A stretch of DNA of 64,000 nucleotides from Podarcis melisellensis (lineage: Eukaryota). Where the stretch lies: assembly GCA_964234715.1 (NCBI GenBank), contig OZ174280.1, one strand, 5' to 3'. Below, piece by piece: positions 49,401-57,842 of this stretch. Made by a program: the position numbers and the translations under genes. Each line of letters opens with the position of its first letter. Within the stretch, counting starts at the first letter, position 1. Under the pieces are notes generated by a model. The model saw only the letters and a list, made by a program, of their open reading frames with translations, did not search any database and was not told where the DNA came from.

Positions 49401-51430
49401 AGCCCCTTCAACTTGAATGGAGTTGCACAAGGGCACTCACACATTATCATCCAGCTCTTATTCATATCAATGGGGCTTGCACAGAAGAAGTTCCCAGCAT
49501 GATTGTTCCCTGTGCAATTATCTTTTTAAATAAAAGAGCTTCTTGTTTTCATCACTTTGCCAGCTGGTCTTGGAGGCTTTCTAGCCTGTTTGAAAAGTCA
49601 CATAATTCAAGCTTTTCTCAAGGCTTACAAACTCTTCTTCAATTATCGAAAAAAGTTAAAATGGGGAAACAGGGTTTTATTGCAAGACTTGAGGTTTTAA
49701 GAGTTCCTCAAACTGGAATACATTTTTATATCCAAGAAAGTGCTCTCTATCCCCCTGTTACTTGATAGCTTCCCCCAAGATGCCAATTCCAAGAAACTGT
49801 GTGCAAATCTGGATTTACACACATGTGTGGAGCTTAGAAAGGGACCCCTTTGCTAACAACTCCCTTTAAAAGGCTCTTCTAGGCCTTTTGCTTCCACTAT
49901 GTTTGACAACTGCTCCACCATCACCCAACAATGTCCTAAAGCGCTATGCAGCCCTCCCAGTATTCACACACACTCACAAAATGGAACTTACCTTCCACCC
50001 AGAGTTGCTCAATATCCGTTTCTATGGAGGCTACTCGCAGCCCTACAGCCAGCGTCCCAAAGACCAGCAGCCCCACAAAAAGTACTTTGCCACAGTGACG
50101 ATGGATCCAACAGCCCAGTGTAAACAGCAGGGCCTGGAACTGGGCCCGCAGCCACAGCGGGGCTTTCTGGCCCACAGCCTTACCCTGGGGAGAGAAATGG
50201 AGAGTTAGCCAAGACACTGTTGCTATAGGGAACAGCAACATCCTGCCCCAGGGTAGCTGGCACTGGGGTTAAAGCAGACCTCAAGCCTTTGGGAGCAAGC
50301 ATTTCAGCAAGAACCTTGCCATAGATTATTTGTGGGGGCATATATGTGCCCGCCTGCCCGCCCCTGCAGTGCTTCCATCTGCTCGGAACTTGTGAAGGCC
50401 AGTGCCCATATCCTCCCAGTCTGCAGAAAGATGAACTCCTGAGTGACAGCTGTAGATGTGGGTGAATCCCCTACTCAGGGTGGAGAAACAGGCCACTGGG
50501 AAGCTCCTGCCACCATCCATGTGTTATGTCTGTGAGGCTGCTGAGCAGGAATCTCCCTCCTCGGTTCCTCAGCGGTGGTCTGCTTCCCTTCCCCAGTTCC
50601 AGATACACTCCTCACCTTCAGAGCAACCCAGCAGCTGAAGTGCCCTGTTAGAACGGAGCCCTGCAAAAGGCAACCCGGTATGTTAAGGAGTCCTACCACA
50701 GTCTAGTTTCCAGCTCTGGGGAGAGCAGATGTCCGCTGCACCCTTTCCTCAGGTGCGTCCTTCTGACCTGTCAAGTTTCCTTGCTTTCCCTTGCGGGAGA
50801 CTCCCCCATTGTCTCCCTTCCTCTCCTTCCACCGATTCAGCGACTCAAGTCCACCCGCCTCCCTTGCTCGCTCCTGAGCGAAACGCTCCACGCAGACCCA
50901 CCCCCGAGCCGCCGTCTCCCCTCGCAGATCCGATCCGGGGCTGGCCTCTCCCTCGCGTCCCTCCTGGACGGCTCCCCGGCGTCTCCCCTTTCCATAAACA
51001 AACTCCAGGGGCCACGGCGCGGGCTCGCTCTGGAGCGCGCCGGCCAAAGCCTGCCCCCTTCCTTCATTCCCTGGCCCCAAAGAAGCCGAAAGCTTCGAAG
51101 AGGACCCCCTTTCCCAGCCCCCCCGGCCCAGAAGAGCCGATCCCTCGCCTTTTTGTCCCCTTCCTTGCAGCTGCTTGCGCGCCTCTCTCCCGGGTGGACG
51201 GGGTCGCCCCAACTTTACTTCTCGTCCCCCCCCACCCGTGGGAAAGCGCCTTCGCCCCATTCCCTTACCTTGGAGATCTGTTTGAGGGCAAAGGCAGCGT
51301 GGCAGTAGCTGGGTCTCCGGAGAAGATCCGAGTTGGCAGTTGCCGCCGCCGCCGTGGCCGCCGCCGCGTAAGACGGCGGGAGTTCTCCCCGGAAGCCCCC
51401 GGCCCCCGGGACCGGCCGATCCGAAGCCAT
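382..51430 (-). CDS. PTCH2: Patched-2 (Hedgehog receptor, RND/sterol-sensing-domain 12-TM protein); spliced CDS of 22 exons in window, 3' end outside window
   Basis: 22 GT-AG exons join in one frame (3753 nt, 1251 aa). Motifs: TM4 GIGVDD and TM10 GIGVEF. Residues favouring PTCH2 over PTCH1: [34 protein letters not shown] and N-terminal ELPPSY. Confidence 0.96.
918..1017 (-). CDS. PTCH2: PTCH2 exon 21 (100 nt, TM12)
   Basis: AAG|[34 protein letters not shown]|GTAAGA. Confidence 0.95.
1788..1930 (-). CDS. PTCH2: PTCH2 exon 20 (143 nt)
   Basis: CAG|[12 protein letters not shown]...[29 protein letters not shown]|GTGATT. Confidence 0.95.
2197..2205 (+). promoter_or_regulatory. Perfect GLI consensus site in intron 19
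   Basis: GACCACCCA; motif match only. Confidence 0.4.
2545..2682 (-). CDS. PTCH2: PTCH2 exon 19 (138 nt, TM10 GxxxE)
   Basis: TAG|[13 protein letters not shown]...[14 protein letters not shown]|GTAAGA. Confidence 0.96.
2932..3168. other. Assembly gap (237 N) in intron 18
   Basis: Run of N; exons 18 and 19 join in frame, so no coding exon is needed inside it. Confidence 0.99.
3981..4264 (-). CDS. PTCH2: PTCH2 exon 18 (284 nt)
   Basis: CAG|[17 protein letters not shown]...[16 protein letters not shown]...NPWTASII|GTGAGT. Confidence 0.96.
4504..4684 (-). CDS. PTCH2: PTCH2 exon 17 (181 nt)
   Basis: CAG|[15 protein letters not shown]...WVSNDPLG...GENLR A|GTGAGT. Confidence 0.95.
5040..5182 (-). 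CDS. PTCH2: PTCH2 exon 16 (143 nt)
   Basis: CAG|[14 protein letters not shown]...[11 protein letters not shown]...LNQ|GTAAGT. Confidence 0.95.
5440..5722 (-). mobile_element. L2-type LINE 3' end
   Basis: [14 protein letters not shown] motif on the minus strand followed by a 3' UTR and (AAAT)n-like tail. Confidence 0.7.
5773..6085 (-). CDS. PTCH2: PTCH2 exon 15 (313 nt)
   Basis: CAG|[11 protein letters not shown]...[12 protein letters not shown]...[15 protein letters not shown]|GTGAGT. Confidence 0.95.
6944..7346 (-). CDS. PTCH2: PTCH2 exon 14 (403 nt, central cytoplasmic loop)
   Basis: CAG|[14 protein letters not shown]...[10 protein letters not shown]...[21 protein letters not shown]|GTAGG. 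Confidence 0.94.
7885..8003 (-). CDS. PTCH2: PTCH2 exon 13 (119 nt)
   Basis: CAG|[12 protein letters not shown]...[11 protein letters not shown]|GTACT. Confidence 0.96.
8266..8391 (-). CDS. PTCH2: PTCH2 exon 12 (126 nt)
   Basis: CAG|[11 protein letters not shown]...[10 protein letters not shown]|GTAAGC. Confidence 0.96.
8508..8600 (-). CDS. PTCH2: PTCH2 exon 11 (93 nt, TM4 GxxxDD)
   Basis: TAG|[31 protein letters not shown]|GTAAGA. Confidence 0.96.
9293..9448 (-). CDS. PTCH2: PTCH2 exon 10 (156 nt, sterol-sensing domain)
   Basis: CAG|[18 protein letters not shown]...FNAATTQ|GTAGG. Confidence 0.96.
9574..9705 (-). CDS. PTCH2: PTCH2 exon 9 (132 nt)
   Basis: CAG|LAQESLP...[28 protein letters not shown]|GTGTGT. 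Confidence 0.95.
10237..10384 (-). CDS. PTCH2: PTCH2 exon 8 (148 nt)
   Basis: CAG|[14 protein letters not shown]...[10 protein letters not shown]|GTGAGA. Confidence 0.95.
11817..11938 (-). CDS. PTCH2: PTCH2 exon 7 (122 nt)
   Basis: CAG|[30 protein letters not shown]...KLQ GG|GTAAGT. Confidence 0.95.
12818..12826 (-). promoter_or_regulatory. Perfect GLI consensus site in intron 6
   Basis: TGGGTGGTC on the + strand; motif match only. Confidence 0.45.
13548..13580. repeat. (AAC)n microsatellite
   Basis: Direct reading. Confidence 0.95.
14971..15136 (-). mobile_element. Squam3-like tRNA-derived SINE
   Basis: Reverse complement reads ...CATCTCCAGGTAGGGCTG...CTGAAACCCTGGAGAGCCACTG...CTGAGCTAGATGGACCAGTGGTCTGA...TATGTTCCTA. 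Confidence 0.75.
15358..15553 (-). CDS. PTCH2: PTCH2 exon 6 (196 nt)
   Basis: TAG|[13 protein letters not shown]...[22 protein letters not shown]|GTGGGT. Confidence 0.95.
19936..20125. mobile_element. Tc1/mariner (Tigger/pogo-like) MITE
   Basis: TA|CAGTGGTACCTCGGGTTA ... TAACCTGAGGTACCACTC|TA. Confidence 0.85.
20590..20780 (+). mobile_element. Ancient MIR/CORE-like SINE remnant
   Basis: GGTTAAGAG...CCAGTTCAAATCTCAGCTC head and GAAGTGCTTTGGGCAC tail; highly decayed. Confidence 0.4.
21087..21178 (-). CDS. PTCH2: PTCH2 exon 5 (92 nt)
   Basis: CAG|[32 protein letters not shown]|GTGAGT. Confidence 0.95.
21995..22064 (-). CDS. PTCH2: PTCH2 exon 4 (70 nt)
   Basis: TTTCAG|[24 protein letters not shown]|GTGAGT. 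Confidence 0.95.
22358..22547 (-). CDS. PTCH2: PTCH2 exon 3 (190 nt)
   Basis: CAG|AGGGCAGC; [18 protein letters not shown]...VQVLLYG; AA|GTGAGT. Not shown in the ORF track. Confidence 0.95.
23192..23409. mobile_element. Tc1/mariner (Tigger/pogo-like) MITE, CpG-rich interior
   Basis: TA|CAGTCATACTTCGGGAT ... ATCCCGAGGTACCACTG|TA. Confidence 0.82.
24749..25029. mobile_element. Palindromic MITE family copy interrupted by an AT-rich insert
   Basis: CTCCAGGTGGTTTGGACTAAAACTCCTATC...GATGAGAGTTGTAGTC; resumes as CTGGAGGGCACCA near 25001. Confidence 0.55.
25402..25449. repeat. (AT)n microsatellite
   Basis: Direct reading. Confidence 0.95.
25896..25925. repeat. (AG)n microsatellite
   Basis: Direct reading. 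Confidence 0.9.
26618..27903. mobile_element. Composite non-autonomous hAT-type DNA transposon (1286 bp) with captured cargo
   Basis: TIRs CAGTGGCGTAGCGTGGG / CCCACGCTACGCCACTG; perfect 8-bp TSD CTCTCACA at 26610-26617 and 27904-27911; extra internal right TIR ending at 26770. Confidence 0.88.
27111..27246 (+). mobile_element. Sauria SINE, 5' tRNA-related head only (3'-truncated), inside the composite hAT element
   Basis: GGGACACAGGTGGTGCTGTGGCTTAAACCACAG...GATCAGAAGGTCAGTGGTTCGAATCCCCGCGAC...AACCTAGCAGTTTGAAAGC with A- and B-box-like motifs. Confidence 0.85.
29990..30640 (-). mobile_element. L1 LINE ORF2 C-terminal fragment, split by the MITE
   Basis: Minus-strand translation with frameshifts gives [24 protein letters not shown]...[16 protein letters not shown]...[16 protein letters not shown]; boundaries approximate. 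Confidence 0.75.
30239..30491. mobile_element. hAT (Charlie-like) MITE nested in an L1 fragment
   Basis: CATGGATAGGCAAAC ... GGTTGCTGATCCCTG; perfect 8-bp TSD CTCTATCC. Confidence 0.88.
34210..34420 (-). mobile_element. L2-type LINE 3' fragment
   Basis: CAGCCACTCTGGGTGGCTTACAAC tail motif and GAGAAGGCCCT body motif; boundaries approximate. Confidence 0.6.
35400..35540. mobile_element. Penelope-like inverted terminal fragment
   Basis: TAGCCATGCTAGTCTG...TTGTGGCACCTTAG...TAAGGTGCCACAA inverted pair. Confidence 0.45.
36140..36321. mobile_element. hAT MITE
   Basis: AAGCCATGTCCAAA ... TTTGGACACCACTG; perfect 8-bp TSD GTCTATAC. Confidence 0.82.
37900..39070 (+). mobile_element. Highly decayed DIRS-like (tyrosine recombinase) retrotransposon remnant
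   Basis: RT-like remnant near 37920-38040 (GVRLIL..LNKFIR..F.MET); DLFxT...FGSR...[15 protein letters not shown] (YAFPP-like) in ORF 38329-38634; recombinase N-terminus-like [15 protein letters not shown] and [19 protein letters not shown]. Confidence 0.6.
38750..38954. mobile_element. hAT-like MITE nested in the DIRS remnant
   Basis: Degenerate TIRs AAGGGTTGGCCCA / TGGGCCGATCCTA; TSD ACCCTATT / GCCCTAGT (6/8). Confidence 0.6.
39907..39990. repeat. Short palindromic MITE-like repeat
   Basis: TGCAATCCTATA ... TATAGGATTGCA inverted ends. Confidence 0.6.
49992..50184 (-). CDS. PTCH2: PTCH2 exon 2 (193 nt, includes TM1)
   Basis: CAG|GGTAAG...[17 protein letters not shown]...EQLWVE G|GTAAG. Confidence 0.96.
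51269..51430 (-). CDS. PTCH2: PTCH2 coding exon 1 (162 nt, MASDRP...ALKQISK)
   Basis: ATG at 51430; [18 protein letters not shown]; donor AAG|GTAAGG, phase 0. Confidence 0.93.
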
Positions 51431-51915
51431 GCTCCAGGGTCGAGCGAGGACGGTGCTGGCGGGAGGCGCAGGGGCGCAGGCGGCTTCCCGGGAGCGGTAA
51501 TCCAGAGGGGAGAAGCGCGGGGTCGGAGGCTTCAGAGGAGTGGCTGCTGCGGGGATCCCATGTGGACATTATGGGGGCGAATCCGAGGCCATCCAAGCGC
51601 GCCCCATGCGCCCTCGGCGCCTCCCAGCGTGGCCCCTTCGACGCGCGGCAGCAGACGGCGATCGAAAGCTCACACAGCCCCCGAAAGGAGAGGCGCCCGG
51701 GTGCCCGGCGGTGCAGTGCGCCTCGGATCGCGTCCCACCAACATTTGGAACAAACAGTCTCCTTCGAGATCCTGAAAAGAGGAGCGGGGGGAGGAAGGTT
51801 TGGTTTGATGGGAAAGTGCCCCGGTTCCCATTGGCCGAGGAAGAGGCAAATTACTCCGCAAACATCTCCTATTATTAGCTGCTAAGCAACAGCTCACCAA
51901 AGTGGAGAGAGAAGA

Positions 51916-51924
51916 GACCACCCA
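51916..51924 (+). promoter_or_regulatory. Perfect GLI consensus site GACCACCCA about 490 bp upstream of the PTCH2 ATG
   Basis: Exact 9-mer; Patched genes are established direct GLI targets. Confidence 0.8.
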
Positions 51925-52797
51925 GGCAGCGCCCTCCCCCGCCTCCCTCCTCCCCGCCTCAAATCTATGAGGGCAGAGGGAGGGAGAGACTTGCCTTCAA
52001 CACAGGAATTCTGCTCCACAGATTTTCAAATGCTGCCCGTTGCCCCCTCCCAGCTGCCCCCCTCCCAAATCCAAACCAGCTCCTTTATTTATTATTGCAA
52101 GCGGACGCAGCGATGTAGTGGGACAGCTGCAAACTTTGCGGGCGGGGGGGACGGGGACACACAGGGTGGACTCTCCAGGATTTGGGGAGAAAGGGGTAAA
52201 AACTTTGGGGTTTGCTGTTTTGGTTTTTTAAAAGTCAGGTGGAGAGGACTGATTCATTGAAAAAGCTTAAATAGGTATAAACAGTGGGAAAAGCCAAAGT
52301 GGCACTATCACCGTCATCAAGGGGGGGGGGGGGAGACAACACAACACAACTTTTCTCATCCTGTGATGGCTTTGTAATGACTTTTTGAGCTGTGTGTGTG
52401 TGATCTAACACACACGCACACACGCGCGCACACACACGCACACACACCCTTTCCTTCACCAGGACTTGTAAAGCACACTGGGGCAAAATGCCTTTGAACA
52501 TGTACAGAGTGCTGTAGTCCCAGTCCCTTGCACTGAGAAACCCTGGTTATTCTGCACATCCGGTGGAAAGAGGGAATGTCTCCCATGCGAACAGACATGA
52601 GTATGAAACTTCCAAACAAAACGGAGCCCCAACACCTGTCGCTTAGAAATTAAGCCATATCACATGGCATAGATTCTTGAACTCAATACATATTTAGGGG
52701 AACAGATACAAATCCAAGAAAACAAATTTATCAGATCTTTAAACAACACAAACCAAGGAACTCTTGCTTCAGAAGCATGCAGGGTTCCTAACGGGGC

Positions 52798-52839
<42 letters not shown>
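52798..52839. repeat. (AAT)n microsatellite
   Basis: Direct reading. Confidence 0.95.
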
Positions 52840-55303
52840 GTCAACATCAGAAACAAAACTGTATTTTAACTAATTATTTTGGCCATATGGATGGGCCAAA
52901 ATATGAGCCAGGGTCCTCCAGACCTTCAAATTATAACCTATTTTCAATGGCTTAGGCTGCAATCATATAATCCCATATCTAGGAGTATATACTTAAGACA
53001 TATAGAACTGCACTGCCAGTCTTGGAAACGGGGGAGGAATAATCTCTGAACATGTGCAAAGTACTCATCATTGAGTAATAATCACTAGCCTTCATACGCC
53101 TTGGAGCAGTGACAACTTTATCCAGTTTTTTTGGGAGGGGGGAGAGGGGTTGAGGGAAGGATGGGTTTCTAGTCTGTGTGACATCCAGGCAGGCCTGAAA
53201 CCCAAGAATTTCATTTTGGAGATTTACTGACAAACTTTCCTTTGACCAAACCCACAAGAAAGCCAGGAAACACAAAGCCAGCTGCAAAGTCAGTGCTTCA
53301 CTTTCCACCACTGAGAAACTACAACCAAGCTGGTGGTCCACAAAGGGGCAGGATTGTATCACCCCCTACATCATACTCAGAACCTCATACATTTTTTCCC
53401 CCTAAAGTAACCTTGAAGTACTCTTCTCTGACAGGGAAAAAAAGTGACAGGTTTCAATTAGCAGGTGATGAGCTCCCATTAGGGTCTGTTTTCTCTCAGC
53501 CCCGTAAGATGCCCATTATACCTTCCTTTGCCAGAGAAGGAGGCACCAGCAAAATTAACAGGAAGCCAATGAACAACCTGGATTCTAGCTGCAGAACTTG
53601 GACTGGAAGAAAACAGACCCACTATGTGGGAGGGACTAATCTGGCTGAGACTCACTCTGGGCTGAAGTGAAGGCCTGTACACATGACACATGTACACATG
53701 CAGTGAGGTCATTGCATTTCACTGCATTTCCCACCATGTTTGCACATTGTTGCACTCACGAATGTGGTTTGATGCATATCTAAGTCGCCCGTTGTATATC
53801 TCCACTGGTAGACAGAGACAAGGTGGGACTTTTCTTACCCAATGAGCAAGTCTCAATTTGGATTGAAGATGGTTTGGAGGAAAATGCATCAAAACGTATG
53901 TATACACAATTTCTGAAACCAGTGGCAGGAGTGTACTGGGTGCAGAGTAAATGGGAGTGTGCATTAATATGGAGAACCAAAACCAAAGCCAGTAGCGTTT
54001 AATTGTACTTCTCCATCCTTCTTTGATGGAGGCACAATCACTGCTGTTCCCATATTAGGAAACAATAGATTGCTCCTTTGATGAATATTTGGGAATGTAA
54101 ATTTTACAGAAGAACTTGGGTGGTAAGGAAGAAGAAACGTATTACATATTGGAGACCGTTTATCTGTTTTTATGTGTGTTAGGGTTTATGCATGTGTATT
54201 ACAACGTGAATGCATGTACATGCTATGTTCTGAGATAAATGTGAGTATTATATAGTGGCTTTTGTGGGAGGTATGTATGGAACTGGACACTGACAAAATT
54301 ATAAAAGTGAAACATTTTATTTCTTCTGAAGTGATCAAGTGGGAACTAGAGAAGATTTCAAACTAGATAGACAGATGTTTAAAAAATCCTATTGGGGGCT
54401 TCCTTGGATGGTCAGCCAGACCTGAAGCAATACTCACTACCTTTAAAATCCAGTAATCTTCTTCACAGTGTTCTACTCTCTCCCTCACCCTCATCCCTAC
54501 CCTGCCCTGTGCTCCTACCAACAACCAGGGTGAGGAAAATGCATTATTGACGTAACTCTGTCTTTACTATTATCTGTGATAGATAGTTTCATGTTTTTTG
54601 CTGGGAGAAAAGTTTGTGGAATCCACAATATTTGATTCCGCAAGAATTGCCTACCTTCAGCATCCCCCAAAAGTGGCCTTTTGCCACTATATCCCGCCTC
54701 TGCTCACCCTTTTCTTCACCAAGATCATGCATACTCTGAAACATCAGAAAATAAGCAAAAATTACAATAGGATTTAAAAGTTTCTGAAAGGCCTCAGTCC
54801 CCATTAGCGCACAGTATTGCTCCTGATCCTTCCTCAGAGGCAATGGGATGCTGACATATTTAAGGCAGTCGAGGTAATGAGAACATCCCACACATTCTGT
54901 CTGTCTCTGTGTGCACAGCACCAGCTGAAGGATGACTCTTTCCCACCCACCCGCCCCCACTATATCCTGAAATGCAACTTCCTTACAACTACTAGCTTGC
55001 TCGGGTCCCAGTCAGCAATGTAAGTGAGGGCCCTGGTTTTTCCCATCTAAGAGCAATTCATCTGTCATCTACTGGCTAGTTGCCTATTTGGTATTACTGT
55101 TTAACTCTGGGGCTTCTGGGCTTCTTTCACAAAAGCCTAAAAACAAACCTCCACCGCCTATCCCCTTTTTTGAAACACACATCACCCACAGGAAATGATG
55201 AGCCTCCGAGGATGATGGTCTTTGCAGAAATATGGCAGTGGCCAATTTTGCTCTGTGCTGTTGGCCATGCATCCTGGCTTTCTCTCTGGTGGTGCAGCTA
55301 GCG

Positions 55304-55441
55304 CAGGTGTGGGAAACCTTTGGCCCTCCAGATGTTGCTGAACCACAACTCCCATCAGTCCCAACAAGCCTCATCAGTGGCCAGGAACGATGAGAGTTGT
55401 AGTTCAGTAACATCTGGGAGGCCAAAGGTTCACGACACCAG
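55304..55441. mobile_element. Palindromic hAT-type MITE (common squamate repeat)
   Basis: CAGGTGTGGGAAACCTTTGGCC...CAACTCCCATC...GATGAGAGTTG...GGCCAAAGGTTCACGACACCAG; TSD AGCTAGCG / AGCTAATG. Confidence 0.75.
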
Positions 55442-55952
55442 AGCTAATGTCAAAACCCATCTCCAAGATGACAACCTAGAGGGAAGCAGATGTTGTGAAC
55501 ACTGGCAAACAGGCCTGGCACTAGCACCTGGGCCTGTGTGGGGATGCCAGGTCTCATAGACTGATGCTGGTCACTGTTTTGGCATAGTGAGGTAGAGAAA
55601 GAGAAAGAGAAAAATTAGTTGTGTGCTTCACTATTTAGGGAATATGTACGGCCATCTAAAGGGTCTAAAAGTACCTGGCTGCTTTCACTGTTTCCATTCT
55701 ACAGGGACAGCAGCTGGTGCTGCAGGAGGAAGTGTCAGAAGCACTTGCAAGAATAGTTTGCCCGCAAACTCTGGTCCTGAACAGCATTACTTTCCTCTAC
55801 ATAAGGCGGCATGTAAAGTCTAATTCATGGGCAGTAATGATTTTCTTCTTGAATATTTTGGTGTCTGCTCCCCTTCTGGCACAGTGAATCCCATAGGATC
55901 GATCTGGTCTTCCTTCACCTTTCTGCTCTAGTGGTTGGCCCTTTTTTAACAA

Positions 55953-56083
55953 AAGGGATAGGAACCGTTGGCCCTCCAGATATTATTGGATTCCCACCAG
56001 CCCCAAGCAGCACAGCCAATGGTCAGGGATGATGAGTATTGGAGTCCAACAACATCAGGAGGACGGCAGGTTCCTAATCCTTG
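55953..56083. mobile_element. Second, more decayed copy of the palindromic MITE family
   Basis: AGGGATAGGAACC...GGCCCTCCAGAT...GGTTCCTAATCCTT. Confidence 0.65.
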
Positions 56084-56859
56084 CCAGACTGTTAAACAGT
56101 GAAGAGCAGTACCACTTGTCCTGCTTCCCTTCCCTTCCCTTCCCTTTGATGAGTGTGTATACAGAATAGTATCATGCCATCTTATTGTCTCCTTTTCAGA
56201 AGCTACAAGCTCATACCAGTTCTTTTTGTAAGTCTTTACAGCTTCCGTTTCTGAGCACACATCTTCCCCAATCCCTCATACAGCTTCACAACCATCATTT
56301 GGTCTCAATATTCGGGGAGGGGGGTTCATTTCTCTCACCAGCAAAGGCCTGGCTTCGAAGAGACCTTTCCTCTCACTTCATGATCCCAGTTCTGCTTTAT
56401 CTGAATTAATGTTCACTGGACATCAGTGGTGGCTGGAACCCATCGGACCTGGTGGGACTGCTGAATGCCTTCTGCAATGTGATGGAAAACATATGTGAAA
56501 CGCTGTGATGAAAGCTACCACTTGCATATCTAACGTTAAACACTAATCCTAGAGAGGACTATAATAACTGCAACAGCTTCATGGCTCCACTAACTCAGAT
56601 GGTCAATGAGAAGGACCCAGAACACAAAAAGGAGCGAGAACCCCCCTAGTGGACAATGTTGGGATAAGCTGCCACAGAATGTAAATTTTGTGTTATTCTC
56701 CCTCCCTCCCCTTGCATAAATTAGTGGCAAATTACCAAGGGAAGTCTGTGCTGCACAGGCACTGAAAGTTTTCAGAATATGATATGCTGATAAATTCTGA
56801 CAATGAGAAGGAATGAGCTGAAATTGATAAATGCTGAGATTTCAGAGAACAGCTCTATA

Positions 56860-56930
56860 TTTTCAGAGGGGTACCTGCGTTAATCTGCTGCTGCAAAAAC
56901 GAAAAAGCATTGTAGCACCTTAAAGACTAA
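56860..56930. mobile_element. Penelope-like terminal-repeat fragment, target of the Harbinger MITE
   Basis: TTAATCTGCTGCTGCAAAAAC...TTGTAGCACCTTAAAGACTAA; similar to 35400-35540. Confidence 0.45.
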
Positions 56931-57199
56931 AGGCTTGTCCACACTTCCTCTGGTCCCACTGCTCCCCCCCACCCCCGGGGAAACCGCTCTTTAATGCTCA
57001 ATTGAAGCAAATGTCAATTTGGGTTTTCCCTAGACTGCCACTTGTTCCAATCTTTCGCCAAAGAGTGAGTTTTCCCTTGGAAAGACGTGGGACAAGGGGG
57101 AAACCGTTTGGACCTGTGCCTAGAAAGCCTGGGTCAAGCAGAAAACCACTCAGACCCATGCTTTCTAGGCACAACACAAATGGAAGTGTGGGCAAGCCC
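56931..57199. mobile_element. PIF/Harbinger-like MITE
   Basis: TAA|AGGCTTGTCCACACTTCC ... GGAAGTGTGGGCAAGCCC|TAA (3-bp TAA TSD); internal hairpin TGTGCCTAGAAAGC / GCTTTCTAGGCACA. Confidence 0.85.
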
Positions 57200-57399
57200 T
57201 AACACATCCCATCAACTACAGCCAAGCCCTGTAATACAGCTCCACCTCTTCTGACCCATTGGACGGAGATGCACAATTCCAGCCATTTATTACATTGCAA
57301 TATCTACCAAATGAAGTGAAATGGTATCCAGGAATAATATGCTACAGGAGAACACCATTGGCAGCCACCTTGGTAAAAATCACTGTAAGCTATAATCAA

Positions 57400-57842
57400 G
57401 GATTACCATCAGCCCGATGAAAACCAACATTCTGGGTTAGGACATCACCAGCATGCCACGCATCAGCCTGGGTGACCACATGCCTGAGGTGGGAGATGAT
57501 TTTTTATCTCCCTGGGCTTTACCACAACCAGCAGCTTCACCATCAATGCTGAGCTGGACAAGCATATTGGGAAGGCAGCTATGGCATTGGCTCGTTTCTC
57601 CAAAAAGGTAAGGGAGACTGTGATGCTAATGACCAATACCAAGATGAAGGTCTACCAGGCATGAGTGTTGAGCATGTTGCTTTATGGAAGTGAGTCGTGG
57701 GCAAGTTACACCTGCCAGGAGTGACCCCTAAACGCCTTCTGTATGTACTGCATCAGGAAGATTTTGGACATTGCATGGAAGGACAGAGTCTCAAACAAAT
57801 ATGTGCTCTCTCAGGCCCACATTCCCAGCATGTTTGCACTTC
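57400..57842 (+). mobile_element. RTE-clade LINE fragment (C-terminal part of RT ORF, decayed)
   Basis: Translation with stops and shifts: AELDKHIGKAAMALARFSK..TKMKVYQA.VLSMLLYGSESW...CIRKILDIAWKDRVSNKYVLSQAHIPSMFAL. Confidence 0.85.

Larger units (their letters stand above)
50740..52160. promoter_or_regulatory. CpG island / PTCH2 promoter and 5' UTR
   Basis: GC- and CpG-dense block spanning exon 1; CCAAT on minus strand (ATTGG 51830-51834); GC-box-like CCCCGCCTCC near 51937-51960; boundaries approximate. Confidence 0.85.

Noticed and set aside
382-51430. Identification as PTCH1
   Set aside because: Exon sizes are shared by both paralogs, but diagnostic residues ([35 protein letters not shown]) fit PTCH2.
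50703-51885. Long ORFs (348, 297, 181 and 175 aa) over the promoter
   Set aside because: Pro/Arg/Gly-rich, stop-poor by-products of the CpG island with no recognisable domain.
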